Assembly (NCBI RefSeq): GCF_000281045.1
Contig: NW_008246139.1
Span: 89,362 to 153,361, forward strand
DNA from: Saprolegnia diclina VS20
Taxonomy: Eukaryota
DNA length: 64,000 nucleotides
Direction of reading: 5' to 3'
Part shown: one piece after another, positions 32,991-46,100 of the stretch
Numbering within the stretch: position 1 is the stretch's first letter
Layout of the letters: each line of letters opens with the position of its first letter
Program-made: the position numbers and the translations under genes
The notes under the pieces: generated by a model
What the model saw: only the letters and a program-made list of their open reading frames with translations
What the model was told of the DNA's origin: nothing
Database searches by the model: none

Positions 32991-33454
32991 TAACACCAAT
33001 CAATGCCAATTTTGTGGAAATGCTGGAGGTCTTGGTGCGCAAGGATCTTTGGTCGCCAGTAGGGTTGACAACCACGCTTCCTCGTAGGAACAATCCTTGG
33101 GCGGTGTCTCTATCGTTTCGTTTAGTCGACTCTGTTCTACTGATCGATTCAAGAGCACGCGTTCAATTGACGAGAGACTGACATAGAGCTATGCCGTGAC
33201 AGCGTACAAGGCCACGAGAGCCACTCATCTACAACCAAAACTTGGCTGCGAGTGATACTCCTGGTCGACGCCGCGGTGCCACCTCGGTCTTGCGGCTTGG
33301 CGACAAATCATTTCGGCTTGTCGACACCCTACTTGTCGGCAATACTAGACCCACAAAAGACGAGGGCCACAAAAAGACTTGGCATCCAAACATAGAGCTG
33401 TCGGTTACAAAAGGCGTTCGATGCGTGTCAACCATGACGTGGCAGAGCATGGGC

Positions 33455-33607
33455 TCAACAGCACTGGCGTGTCGCCGAGACCGGAAGCGCCATGAACAAG
33501 CGGCGGGAGGGAGCGGGGCACGGAATACGCTCTGCAATCATTTCGGTGATCTCGGGCAGCAAGGCGTCGGCGTCGAGGCTGCGGGCCCGCTGCTGCCGCG
33601 CCGCCAT
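33455..33607 (-). pseudogene. Truncated 5' relic of the LRR family
   Basis: MAARQQRARSLDADALLPEITEMIAERIPCP...* matches the family N-terminus, then stops. Confidence 0.75.
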
Positions 33608-33644
33608 CGAATTTTCGGTGCAGCCGCGTCGAATATAAAAATTG

Positions 33645-33661
33645 GGAGGCATGACGTGGCA
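33645..33661 (-). promoter_or_regulatory. Shared upstream element before the truncated relic
   Basis: GGAGGCATGACGTGGCA. Confidence 0.6.
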
Positions 33662-33791
33662 CGGCCGCTGGACCGTATGCATTCTCGTGGGTCCCGGGTG
33701 TTATACCCAGGTAAACAGGCTGTAACATGCGTTATAACGCAACCAAGATCTTGCAACGGACAGAGAAGTTCGCAGTCAACGAAGTCGGGCG

Positions 33792-36467
33792 ATGGAGGAC
33801 GAAGCACGCATCGAGATCACGAGCGCGGACGAAGCGCGGTACCCGCTCAAGCTCATGGAGGGTCGCTTCCACTGCAGCTGGGAGCTGCCCGACAACGTCC
33901 TCGCTGAGATCTACGTCGACGACCAAGCCTCGGCGTGGCCGGTGACCCACGATGGCCGCTTCAAGGCGCTGCTTGCGCTGCCGAGCATTGGCCAGCACGA
34001 GGTGTGCATCAACATTGCCGAGACATACCACATCCTCTCGATGGACTATGCGCCGGCGCCAGCGACGCACCACGTGCGTGTGTACTGGGCGTCGGACGGC
34101 AGTCGCGCCGAGGCCGGCCTCGCCAAGGTCCGCTTCTTTGCCAGCGTCCTGCAGACCGCGTTTGGCGCCTTGACCGGCTCGGCATCGTTCTCGCTCGAGG
34201 TTGACGACCACGGCCAGCCGCGCGTGCATGCGCTCGACGCGGCCGATGCCAGCCATGCGGACGCAGCGATCAAGGCGCTGCCCGACTACGCGTCGACGTT
34301 GACGACGACGACACACTTGGTCCTTCTCGACGGACCGCTCAGCGACGAGCTGTGCACGGACCGGTATGCGTCGCTGGTCGTGCTCGGCGTGCACAACGTG
34401 GCGCAGTGGCCCGAGAGCGTTGGCAGTCTCAACAAGAGCTTCCTCGACAATGACCAGTACACGGCCGCACTCAGTCACGGTCTGCACCAGCTCGGCCATG
34501 CGTTTGGCTTGGGCCACACGCGCGACGGTGTCATGGCGCTGCCCGCCGGTCGCCACGCGATCGATCACCTCCTCAGTGTCTACACGCGCAAGCCAAATGC
34601 GCGCGTGCCCGCCTACTCGAGAGCCTTTCCCGACGGCAAGCTCTTTGTCAACTATGCTGGCGTCGACACGGTCCCGGGCCCGAGCCCGTTCTGGCACGCC
34701 GCATCGCATTTGCGCCTGCAAATGAGCCCGTTTGTGTTTGGCGCCCCGGAGCGCGTGCCCACGATGGCGCCCAAGGTGCTCTGGCCCGGGCCGCTGCGGG
34801 GCCCCGTCGGTCTCGGTGGCCATCTTCCATTTGGCAGTGACTCCCGCGGTCGGTCGGATATTGCCGGGTTTCTCTTCCACGCCGACGCGTCGCATGTGCT
34901 CGACATTGAGATTCTGAGCCAAAGCGCGCTCAACGACCTGCTCTTTGCCGGGCTCTCAGCCAGCGGCAATCAAGATATGTTTTTGCTCATGGACCACGAG
35001 TACATACTCCAGATGGACGTGACAGTCGCGAACAAAGGCCAGACGATTGCGGCTCTGCGCTTCCATACTAACCTCCGCACGACGCGCTTCTTTGGTGGGC
35101 GCGGCGGCGGCCTCGAGACGCTCACGCCGCCGCCGGGGCACCACTTTTACTCTCTCTTTGGCACGTCGTCGAGTGCCGGCGTCGGGAGTCTGGGCGCGTA
35201 CTATACGGCGTTGCCGCCCGATGCGTCGCGCCCCGGGGCGCCGACAAGCACGGCCACGTCGGCCACGCCAATCGCGAGCATGGCCGACCAGCTGTTGCAG
35301 CAGTTTAACACGCTCTTCAACTTGACGCCGCCGCCTGCGCCGGCGAGCGCGGCGTCCGGCTCGTTTGCGACCATTGGCCTTGGCTCGAACGACGGCGACC
35401 AAGACGCCTTTGTGACGCCGAGAGGACACCTCGGTGCGATTCTGCTCTCGTGCACGGACGCCATTGCGAGCCTCAAGACGCTGTCGGCCACGGAATATGC
35501 TAGCAAGTGCCGGGACGGCTACTATTGCTCGGACGACGAGCATGTCTTTTCGCTTTTGCCGAACGAAGTGATCATCCAAGTCGACGTGCGCTCGAGCGAG
35601 TGGATCCATGCGCTGCGCTTCCACACCAACCGGCGCATCTCGCCGTGGTTTGGCGGCGATGACGGCGTCGAGAATGCCTTTGTGTGTGCATCCGACGCGT
35701 GCATTACGGGTTTTTACGGGTCGCACGGCCATCAGTACCTCGGCACGCTCGGCGCCTACTTTGGTCCTGCGCCCCAGGGCGCGCCGCCGGCCAGCATCAG
35801 CCTGCACCCGCCACCGACGCCGCCATCCGCCGTGCGCGACGATGCGCTTCTCGGTGTCCAAATCGACGTTGCCAACGGCCAACTGGCGCTCGCTGCGGTG
35901 CACGCGCTTGCCGAGACGGCGTCCTTGTCGCCGTCGCAGTCGCTCTTTCTGCTTGAGCGTGGCGAAGCGCTCGTTCAAGTCGACGTGTGCCGACGCGGAG
36001 AAGACGACGCGACGATTGTCGGTCTCTGTCTGCATACGCAGACGCGCTGCAGTGCGTTCTATGGCCGGCTCACGGACGTCTACGAGCGCTTTGGGGCCCC
36101 GAATGGCCAAGCGATTCTCGCAGTGACGATGGACGACGCATCGAATATGCAGCTGACGTTTGCGCCACTGCTCGACTGCGTGCGTCCTGACGATTTGGCG
36201 ATGACGGCGGGTGTCGACGCTGGCGCCGACCACTTGGAGGTCGTTGCTCCGGACGGACACTTTATGCTGGTGCTGCACCAATCCATCGGTGGCGACCTCG
36301 TGGCTGTCGCTGTCGTCCACGATCAGAACCGGTCGACGACGCCACCGCGCAGCATGTACTACCCCGTCTCGGTGCTGCAGAAGCGCGTCGACGGTCCACT
36401 CGGTGACTATGTCCTGGAGGTCGTTGACGAGACGGGCAGCGCGTGCCGGGTCCGCGTGCCGTTGTAA
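33792..36467 (+). CDS. Zinc-metallopeptidase-like domain (HQxxHxxGxxH) plus about three jacalin-like lectin repeats
   Basis: HQLGHAFGLGH...GVM; repeated E.I.Q.DV...LRFHTN.R....FGG blocks. Confidence 0.85.
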   Translation: MEDEARIEITSADEARYPLKLMEGRFHCSWELPDNVLAEIYVDDQASAWPVTHDGRFKALLALPSIGQHEVCINIAETYHILSMDYAPAPATHHVRVYWASDGSRAEAGLAKVRFFASVLQTAFGALTGSASFSLEVDDHGQPRVHALDAADASHADAAIKALPDYASTLTTTTHLVLLDGPLSDELCTDRYASLVVLGVHNVAQWPESVGSLNKSFLDNDQYTAALSHGLHQLGHAFGLGHTRDGVMALPAGRHAIDHLLSVYTRKPNARVPAYSRAFPDGKLFVNYAGVDTVPGPSPFWHAASHLRLQMSPFVFGAPERVPTMAPKVLWPGPLRGPVGLGGHLPFGSDSRGRSDIAGFLFHADASHVLDIEILSQSALNDLLFAGLSASGNQDMFLLMDHEYILQMDVTVANKGQTIAALRFHTNLRTTRFFGGRGGGLETLTPPPGHHFYSLFGTSSSAGVGSLGAYYTALPPDASRPGAPTSTATSATPIASMADQLLQQFNTLFNLTPPPAPASAASGSFATIGLGSNDGDQDAFVTPRGHLGAILLSCTDAIASLKTLSATEYASKCRDGYYCSDDEHVFSLLPNEVIIQVDVRSSEWIHALRFHTNRRISPWFGGDDGVENAFVCASDACITGFYGSHGHQYLGTLGAYFGPAPQGAPPASISLHPPPTPPSAVRDDALLGVQIDVANGQLALAAVHALAETASLSPSQSLFLLERGEALVQVDVCRRGEDDATIVGLCLHTQTRCSAFYGRLTDVYERFGAPNGQAILAVTMDDASNMQLTFAPLLDCVRPDDLAMTAGVDAGADHLEVVAPDGHFMLVLHQSIGGDLVAVAVVHDQNRSTTPPRSMYYPVSVLQKRVDGPLGDYVLEVVDETGSACRVRVPL

Positions 36468-37110
36468 GCCTCTCGGTAGCCGTCAGACTTTAGGTAAACA
36501 AACCACAAATTGCATTTTATAGCTATGAGACAAGGGAAGGTAGATACTGGTGGAATCGATATGGAGCTATTCCTTTGAGATGGAAGGGACGGTATAGGAG
36601 GACTCGGGCATATCGCCAGCGACTTGAGCCCAAAGCCGTACTGACTCGGACCTGTTCACGACGCTAGAGAGTGCTTTAGATGTCAGTCTCGTCCAGAGCT
36701 ACCGGTATGGGTCACCGAGTGGTGGCGGTAGTTATGGCCAAGACAATCCATAGTCCCAATGTTTATAACACTCGGATTAGCTATCGCGACACATAGAACT
36801 GAGCTTCCAAGCTCCATCACCAAGCTCCATAACCACTTTGGCGAATGCGGGTGCTCGCAATGATACGCGTGCTCCAAACACTGTTTCAACAAACACTGTT
36901 TCAAATACTGTTTTGGCACGCTTTGTGTCGGCATGTGCCACAATCAACAGCTACCATTTCAGCCAATCAACAGTCCGAAAGATCAGCGCATCGATGCCAT
37001 TGGCCATATCTAACGCAAATTGTAACCAATCCACAGAGCGTATCTTTGAGCCAAACGACGAGGTTGTCGCGCGGGACTTCCCTTCCTGCTACGCTACGAG
37101 CAACGTTACG

Positions 37111-40100
37111 ATGGGCCAAGACGTCTCGGTGATCCTCAACCACGACGCCGGCGGTCGTCGGTCGCCGCCGACGGCCGTGGCCAACGAGGCGCGCTTCGCG
37201 TTCTGCGAGACGTGGGACGCCAAGAGCGTCGATCACCTCTTGACCACGTACACGTCGCAGTACCAGTCGCTCCATAGCAGCGAGCTCCACACGCAAGACG
37301 ACCGGCGGCGCGCGCTCGAGAGCGAGATCCTCGAGCTCGAGGCCCACCTGCTAACACTTGTCCATGAAGCAGGCGACGACTGCGACAACAGCGGGCTCCG
37401 TGCAAACCTCGAGAGCAAGCGCCGACAGCTCTATGCCTACAGTCAAATGCCATCGCGCGACGCGATCGATTATGCGCTACCGCTGCACTGGTCCGTGTAC
37501 ATGGCCGCGGCCAAGCACGTCGAGACCGAAGCCACGTTTGGCGCGCTGCGTCGGAAGCGCGCGCACTGGCACGTGGCCACAGACGGGTACGAAATGGAAA
37601 AGGACCCAACCGCAGCCGCCGAGCTCGCGCGCATGGAGATCGAGCGCCTCAAGTTCGCTGCACCAGCGCCCAACCACGAGATCGACGGTCACACGGACGA
37701 CAATGCGAGCGAGTCGGAGAAGGACTCGCTGGACGGCGGCGACTCGGACCTGGACGACAACGACATCCAGGACAATGATAGCAAGCCCAAAGCTCCCACC
37801 ACCGACTCGGCTCCGACGCCGGTACTCACACAAGCGGTGCTCGACGAGCTTCGGGCGCCGCCGCCGCCGTCTCCGCTCTTTGACCCGTCGTTGCGCAGTC
37901 CCGTCTTCTTTGGATACACAACGGCGCCGATGCTGAGCCCTGTCGACGCCACCAAGGTGAGCGAGCAAGCCCTAGCGGACCGTGAAAGAACGTACTTTGA
38001 GCTGCGGATCGCACGGGCCAAGAAGCGCATCGACGACGCGACGGCCATCGAACGGGGCAAGCTCAAGTCCCTCCTCGAGCGACGCGACGCAGCGCTGGAG
38101 AAGCGCCAGAAGGTCCACGCGGCGCGGGCCCGCGAGATGGATGAAGCCAAGCAAGAGGGTCTTGATCCGACAGCCGATTTTTTTCGCAAAATGGAATTGA
38201 GTGGCGAGGTCTTGGCCGCCGACGAAGCCAAGGACGACGCAGTGTTTGCATCTCAAGAGGCGTCGATATTGGGACGTATGGCCACGGCGAGTGCCACCGG
38301 CGAAGACGAGATTGCGCTGCTACAAGCCCTGCAGTTTGGCCGGTCACCACCGATCGCGCCGCGCCGACGCAAGTTTCATGAAGCCGAGTTGGCCGAGCTC
38401 ACAAGAAGCCTCGGCCAAGCGCGCATGGACTTGGTTGGTCCAATCTAGCGATTAATTTCTAGCCCTAAGACATTGCGACACTAGGAAAACTCTGCCAAGA
38501 CGCTCGAAGAGACCAAAGCGCGGCTCGAAGCCCCCGCACCCGACAGCGGCGCCCCGTCGGGCATCAACCCTAATAACGCTCGAACCCAGCTGCTCTTTGC
38601 GACCGACCAAGTCATTGCGGCCGAGAAGCTCATTGCAAACTTGGCCGCGCGGGTGAATGAGGAAGAATTCATGCTGCAGCGCGCCGACGTTGTCCGCGAT
38701 CTCGAAGCACTCTACCTGCCGAGCTTTGCCCTGCTCGAAGGTCTTCCGACGGATTGTGGAGATCCGAAGCTATTGCGAATGGAGCTGCTCTTGCTCTTCC
38801 ACGCCCGTGCAGCATCACTCACGGCCAAGCTCAAGTACACGTATGCGTCGTACGTCGACGCGGCCTCCGGGCGGCTTCAACGCCCAGGGTTGACGCGCCT
38901 GTTGCAGTCTCTTTTTCAGTTGCTGCAAGCGCTGGGCGAGCTCCACCTCAAGCCGTCGGTCGACGACAGCTTTTGGGCCAACGTGGCGGCGCGGGCATGT
39001 CCGCCGCAAGGCTTGACGTGGCGAGATTTCAAACGTTTTAGCAAGGACGAGGTCGAGCGATCGCAGCTGTTGGCGCGCTTCTTCCGCGTGCCGTGGCGCC
39101 TCAGTGGGTGGAGTCGGCTCCAGACGCAGACAATTGCACCATTGCACCAGTTTGAGCTCGGCGCGATCTCGCTCTCGGACCTCAAATTTACGCTCGCCAA
39201 GCAGCACCTTCGCCCGCGGATGGCGCTGGTGCCCCACCGAATGGAGATTCTGCACATTCGTGCGCTTGCTATGGGAGCCAACGACCCGCTCAAGGCCGAC
39301 TACAGCAAATACCTCAAGTCGAGAAAGACCAAAGTCCTCTCCAACGTCGTGCCGCTCGACCATGGCGCCTATCGCAACCTGCTGGTGTATCGACAGGACG
39401 TGGCGACCCGGGCCGCCGTGCGTCTCCAGACCTCGTGGCGCGCCAAGAAGGGCCGCCACGACGCGTACATGGCAGCGAAGAAGCAAGCGTTCTACCACGC
39501 CAAGGGCACGGCGCTGTTGGAGGCCCGGGCCGCCGCCGAAGCCGAGTGGCACAAGCTCGAGTCGACCAAAGACATGTCGCTCGAGAAGATGAAATTCGAT
39601 GCCAAGATTCGCATGCGCCAAGTCAAATTGCGCACCAAAGGCCTCACGATGGACCGACGCCAAGTGCTCTGCGTCATGGTCGAGGAGGCGGTCCAAGACG
39701 CGCTCGAGGAGGTCGACCACCGGTTCCGTGAAATGGAAGAGGACGCGGGCTATGTGCCCGTTCAGCTTCGGTTCGATCCGCTCAATTTGGAGCATTTTGC
39801 CGAGATTTCGTCGGCGCTCATCGACCAGCTCAAGCGTGCGCGGCTGCCGACGCTAGAGACTGCCACTTTGCTCAAGCGAATAGCAGAAAAGAGCAAGGAG
39901 GATGTACCCGAGACGACGACGCCGGTAGAGGCGCCCGGGCCGCCGCCCACGTTTCGCAGCAGCGCGGTTGAGCCCAAGCATTTTGTGCCGGAAGCCTCGC
40001 TCCGCTCCAAGCAGGCGCAGATGGCAGCCCGGCACATTGCCATGATGCGCGGTGTGAACGCGTCATTCGCCGAGTGTTCGTCGATTGAGAAGCGCGTGTG

Positions 40101-43100
40101 GCTTGCGCTCGCATCGTCGACGCCCGAGCTCGACGACTGGAGCGACCGGTTGCAGTACGTCTGTGACGGTCTCACCGACTTTAAACTCCGAGAACTGCTG
40201 CTCGAATTACCTTCCAAGCGCCATGCGATCGAGTACGTCCTCGCGTTTCGCAAGCACCTCATCGGGAGCAACCAAAGTGACGAGCTTACGTTTGATCGCG
40301 AGGCCCTTGTTGCGGATCTCATGGGCCACTTTCGCATTCTCCGGGGTGTTGACGACTTGGCCGACAGCCTCATGTACATGGCGTCGTCGGACGTCGAGTC
40401 GACGCTTCGAGATGCCACGGCCACGACACTCCAATCGCAAGAGATCTACTTGGCCAAGCACGTCGCCAAAGCGCAGCTCAAGGCGGCGTCCGTCGCGGCC
40501 AAGGCCCGGCAGCGCCGCGCGAACGGCCGGGACCTCGTCCAGCGACTCGAATTCGAGCGCAAAAACCAAGCTGCGGCCGTCGCGGCCGCCAAAGCCAACG
40601 CCGACGAAGCGCTTCAGAAATGGAAGCACGCACAGCTCTCGCTCGACTTGCTGCAGACGCAACTACAAGCCGCCAATATCGACGAGCAATCGCCCAAGAC
40701 ACGGCCGACGTCGCTGGACGACCGGACGTGCTGGGCCGAGCGGCTCAAACGCTCGTTGACCGATGCCTCCAGCGATGCATGGGTCGAGATGTTTCACGTG
40801 TGCCAAGACTTTGTCCAAGTAGCGTCGCACATTGCGGTGCAGATCGCGCGCGAACACTACCTCCCCGTGCACGCAAAGTCGATGTTGCCACTCGCCACGA
40901 CCTTGCCCTTCCAGATGGATGGCCGGAACGACGGTGTTGTGCGCAGCAGCCTTGGCAAAGGCCTCCGCTTCGAGGCTCACAACATTCGGTTCCAAGTGGC
41001 GGTCGACGACCACGGCCGGTACGAAGGTGCGGACGAGCTCGCGATGAAAGCCGCGGGCGCCGAAGTACGCAACTCGGCGCTGTACCTTCCGACACTGCTC
41101 TCGTGCCCGAATGTCTTGGCGCCGCTTGTCTGCACGGTGGATTACTGCGGCCTCCGTGTCCTCTGCGTGGCTAAGCTCCCGATCGAGCGCTACGAGATCA
41201 ACGACCGAGGCGCGATCACAAACATCTCGACCGAGTTTGTCTACGGCACCAACAACAAAGGGCGGACGGTGACCTACCACAGCAAGAGCCTCGACGGTGC
41301 GGTGCGCAAAGCCAACGCTGCGCTCAACCTCACCGCCCACGGCGTGCGCGGGACACAAGACCTCACAGCCAAGATGCTCTCGGGGGCTGGCGACATGCAC
41401 GGGTACCTTGGCCGCGACGAATGGCTCTGCTTGCTGCGCTTCCGCCGAAGCATGCCGCCCGAAGATCCCGACCTCACACGGCATCTGCCGAGCTCGACGC
41501 GCGGGATGAGTATTCTATGGCGCCAACTCCGACCAACGTTGGTCCAAACCCAACCGTTGCCGCTCTCGAGTGACGCGCTTTCGTTTCTGACCAATCAAAC
41601 GCCCGACTGGGAGACGCACGTTGAGCGCGTCACGGCCGCGACCGCGCACCTCCTCGACGACGTCATCCCGGCGTTTGCGCGCAAGCTAGCGACGCGACCG
41701 GTATGTTCCACTGTTCAATGGTGGAGATGAAAACGATGGGCAATAAGACACTGTGGGGTAGATGTACGTGGACGCGCCAGGCTTTGACTTGGTCGCCGAG
41801 CTGCATCGGCACGGGATCAACGTCCGCCACCTCGGCTACCTCCGCGCGCAGTTTCGGTATCAGCTCAGCGGCTCAGTCGCCATGACGTTCAACAGCAACG
41901 TCGTGACAACGACGCAAGACATGACCCGCGAGGTGCAGCGCGGTGACGTCGTCTACATCCACGGCGACACGTACACGGTTCGCCATGCACTTCACCTCAA
42001 TGTACCCTAACCCTTGTTGCAGATCAGCACGTCGCGGAACGACGAAGTGTCGACGACAACGCTGACGCTGGACCGTCCATACCCCCACGACTCGACGCAA
42101 AACGTGACAGTGGCCACAGGTGCGATCCTCGACCCCACACAGCAGCTCCGCGAACGCCTCCTTGTCGAGATGCTGCAACGTACGATCAAAAATCTCTTGC
42201 GCTTTGCATTGCGGCAGCAGCTCCAATCGCGCCAGCTCGCCATGGGTCCCAACCACGCCCAGTTGGTGCTGACGTACTTGAACTTCCTCTCGGGCGTCGG
42301 TGACGGTGCTCATGCGTTCTGGGACATTCACGTCTTTGACGGCGTCCGCAGTCGGTTTGGCCCGATCGCCGTCTCGTATGTCGAGCGCCTCAACCTCCGG
42401 CGCGCCCCGGTGGCCATCGCCAAGTACCTTTGCCAATGCCTCGGCATCGACTTGACGAGCGACTGCTGGGCACATTTCACAGCGTCGCCACACGGCTTTG
42501 TCTTTACCGCCGACGACCTCGTGCTGACCAGCACGGGCCGCATCAAGCACAATATGAGTCTCTTGCACTACGCTGCGGCGTCGCTGCTGCTCGATCGCGC
42601 GTCGCTCGTGCAAGGCACGACTTACCAAGCGGGCGTCCTCACCGATGCACCGGTGGGGTACTGGCCGCTCGCCGAGCGGCGCGGCGCCAAAGTGGCCCGC
42701 AATCTCGGGTCGTCGAGCGACCACGGCAAGTTTTCGCCGTCCTGCATCCTGGAGGCGAGTGGTCCGATCGCCAACGACGACTTGTGTCGTGCCGTGACCT
42801 TTCCCTACGCGACCCACGCGTACGTTGTCGTTCTGTGTACAGATTGTCCATAGAGTCTCTCGTTGACTAGCTACATTGGGTGCCAACGCACGCAGCGGTG
42901 GGAGTCGACCGTGACGCTCGAGGCATGGGCGTGTCCGACTAAAGACGGCAGCGGTATTCGCGCGATTCTCAGCCACGGCCGGTGCACCCTTGCCGTGCTC
43001 AAGAACCACCGCTGGGGTGCGTGGGTGAACCTGCGCAACATCGACGTGGTCGTCACGGGCGGGCTCGTTGCCTATGGCGAGTGGACGCACGTCGCGTGTA

Positions 43101-46100
43101 CGTTTGACGGCGCGACGCTGCTTCTGTTTGTCGGCGGCGTGCTCCACGGCGACTTGGACGTCGTGTCCGAAGTGGACTTGCAGCTCCAACGGCGGGATGC
43201 CAAGGTATTGCAACCAGGTTAGGGGTAGGGGATGGATCCTGCTTCTGTAGTTTGCGGCCCTCCGTGCCAACTTGGAGGCGCAAGAAGAGGCCGCCAAGAC
43301 CGACTGCTTCAAGGCCGTCGAGCGGGAGAGCCGGGTCTACTTCAGCTCAAAAGAAGGGAAGAAATTCATCGCCGAGCTCGCCAAGAAGGTTCGCGACGAG
43401 GCCGAGTTCAAAGAACGTCTCAATAAGAAGGCGTCCCAACGCAAGCTTGAGACCGAGACGACGGCCAAGGTCAAGCCTGCGACCAAGCCCGACTACGAGA
43501 TACTCGCGAAACAGCAGCACACGACCGCCAACTACCACGCCAAAGTCGATGCGATCATGGTGCTTTTGCGTCCAAACCCCACCGCTCACAGCACTGACTC
43601 ATGGTAGGACGCATTCAAGAAGCTTCGCGTCGACCTCAACGCCAAGATCGACAACGAGATCGCCGAAGAGCTCTCCAAGGAGTCTCGACCCTGTCGCATC
43701 GGGTGTGTCGCCAACGCCAGTTCCAACGGCAAGTACTTTGTCGGGTCGCTCGCCCACGTCGCATACTACACCAAACCCCTCTCCCGCGACACCCTCTACC
43801 GCCACTACCTCCTCGGGTCGGTCGACCGCGCGATCACGTCCGACCGCCTCTTTGAGCTATCGGCCGCGCGCTTCACCAAGGCGCTTGCCTACACCCCGGA
43901 AGAGCCGTCGTTCCTGGCGGCGTACGCCATCAATATTTGCTCGTCCCTCAAGTACGACCTCGACCAGCGCCGCAGCCAAGAGATGTACAAAGCCAAGGTC
44001 CGCCGCGCCCTTGACGCGTTTCGGCTGCGTGAAAACTACAAGGGATGCGCCGAGATACTCAAGTACCTTCCCCGCGACGTGCGGTTCAGCGACCTCTTTC
44101 GAGAGGCGTACCGCTGTGTGACAGAGCTCTGTCCGAGCTACTGGACGCCAGACCCGACGTCGATCAAGACGTTGTCGCTGTTGGATCTGGCATCGCTGCC
44201 CGTGCAGTACTTTCTAAGTGGCAACCCGGCGCAGTCGTCGCTGCACGGCCTGTTGACCGACGAAGTGGCTGCCTACGCCGACATTATCTGCCGCGTCGTG
44301 TCAGTCTACGCAACGCACTACGGAGACGGCTTGACCGACCTCAAGTGGCTCTGCGACCTCGAGACACCAAGCGTCGTGGTGTACTTTGTCTTGTGGCTCC
44401 AAGCCGGCGAGGATGGCCGGCGATTCGACCTCTCGAGCGTCCCTACGGTCACATGTAAGGACATGGACGTCATCACGAGCGCAAACCGCTCGTGTCTTGC
44501 ACTCAACCTTGCCAAGTACAACTCGAGTCGCTATCTATACTCTCTTCTCATGCGATAGTTCAACTAGGTGCATGGCGCTCAATGATAAGACGATCTGCAT
44601 GATCGCGGTGCGCTGCAGCGGTCTCGAAGCCCTCGATGTCTCGGGTCTCTCCCATCTCACGGACGTCAGCGTCCTCGCGCTGGCCAAGAGCTGTCGCAAC
44701 CTCAAGGCACTGCACGCCAACGCGTGTGGGCTGCTCACTGACGCAGGCATCGAGGCCTTGGCAGCGTGCATGGACCTCCGAGAGCTCTGTCTTGCCAACT
44801 GCGGCAAGCTCACGGACGACAGCTTGCGCGCGATCGGGCTCGCCCACCCGCGCCTAACGCGGCTTGAGCTCAGTTTTTGCATTCAGCTGAGCGATTTCGA
44901 AGGCTTTGCCCGCGTCTCCAACGCGCTGAATCTATCGATACTGGACGTCTCGGGGTGTCGGCGGCTCAAAGACATAGGGCTCTCGGCGCTCTGTCGAAAG
45001 TTTACCAAGCTCACGTCGCTCAACCTCGCCTACTGCGACAAGATCACCGATGTGGGCCTGTGGGTACGTCTCGAGTGCACCTTGCAAACCTTAGATCGGG
45101 TAGGCGGCCACGCACAACTGCTTGGAGCTAGCAACCCTAAACCTACAAGAGCTCGTGCTGCTCACGGACAAGGCGTTTACGTTTGACCACGAAGGCGACG
45201 GTCGCGCCAACGTCGCCAAAAGCCTCCTTCAACACATGCAGACGATCGTGCTGGCCGACTGCAAGGGGCTCAGCGACACGGCCATTGCGTACCTCCACCA
45301 CCGCGCACGGTCCCTTGTATCGCTCGACGTCTCGGGCTGTCTCCTTGCCACCGATCAAATGTCATCCTCGCCATGACAACAACTCGGGACTCATAAGATG
45401 TAGGCTCAAGTACACCACGTTCGACATCTTCAACGGCACCGACGTCGGCAGTCACCTCCGCGTCCTCGACCTCAGCTTTTGCATGCAGTTATCGTCCGAG
45501 GGTCTGCGCTACATTCGTGACCGATGCAAGCACCTCGTCACGCTCTTCTTGACGGGCTGTGTGTGCGTCAACGATGACGCGATCATTGCGCTGCTTCGCG
45601 CCTGCCCGCGCCTGAGCCGCCTCGGCTTGGGCTACTGCCGTGACGTGACCGACGCCGTCCTCTTTGCCATCGCCGACACGCTTTGGGTGCAAGTGCTCTC
45701 ACTCACGCGCTGCGGCAAGATCACGGACGCCGGGGTGACGGCCCTCGCGACACAGTGCAACGGCCTCGCGGCGCTTACCGTCGCGAGCTGCAAGCGACTC
45801 ACCGATGCGTCGATGGCCGCGCTCCTGGAGCACTGCCCCAAGCTGCTCGAGCTGGACGTGGCCTACTGCCCCCACATCACATCCAACGCGCTCGCCCCTT
45901 TTGTATCGACGCGGCTCGGGATGGTCCTCCGAAGCGACTGCCCACTCAGCGCACCGCCGGCACTCATCGACGATGTGCTCCAAGAACGACTCTTTCGAGA
46001 GGCCTCCAAAAAGCTACAGCTACCACCACTCGCTCTGCACACGCCACGGCGCCTCCCGACACCTCGGACAGCGCGCTCCGAGAGCGACGACGCGCCCACA

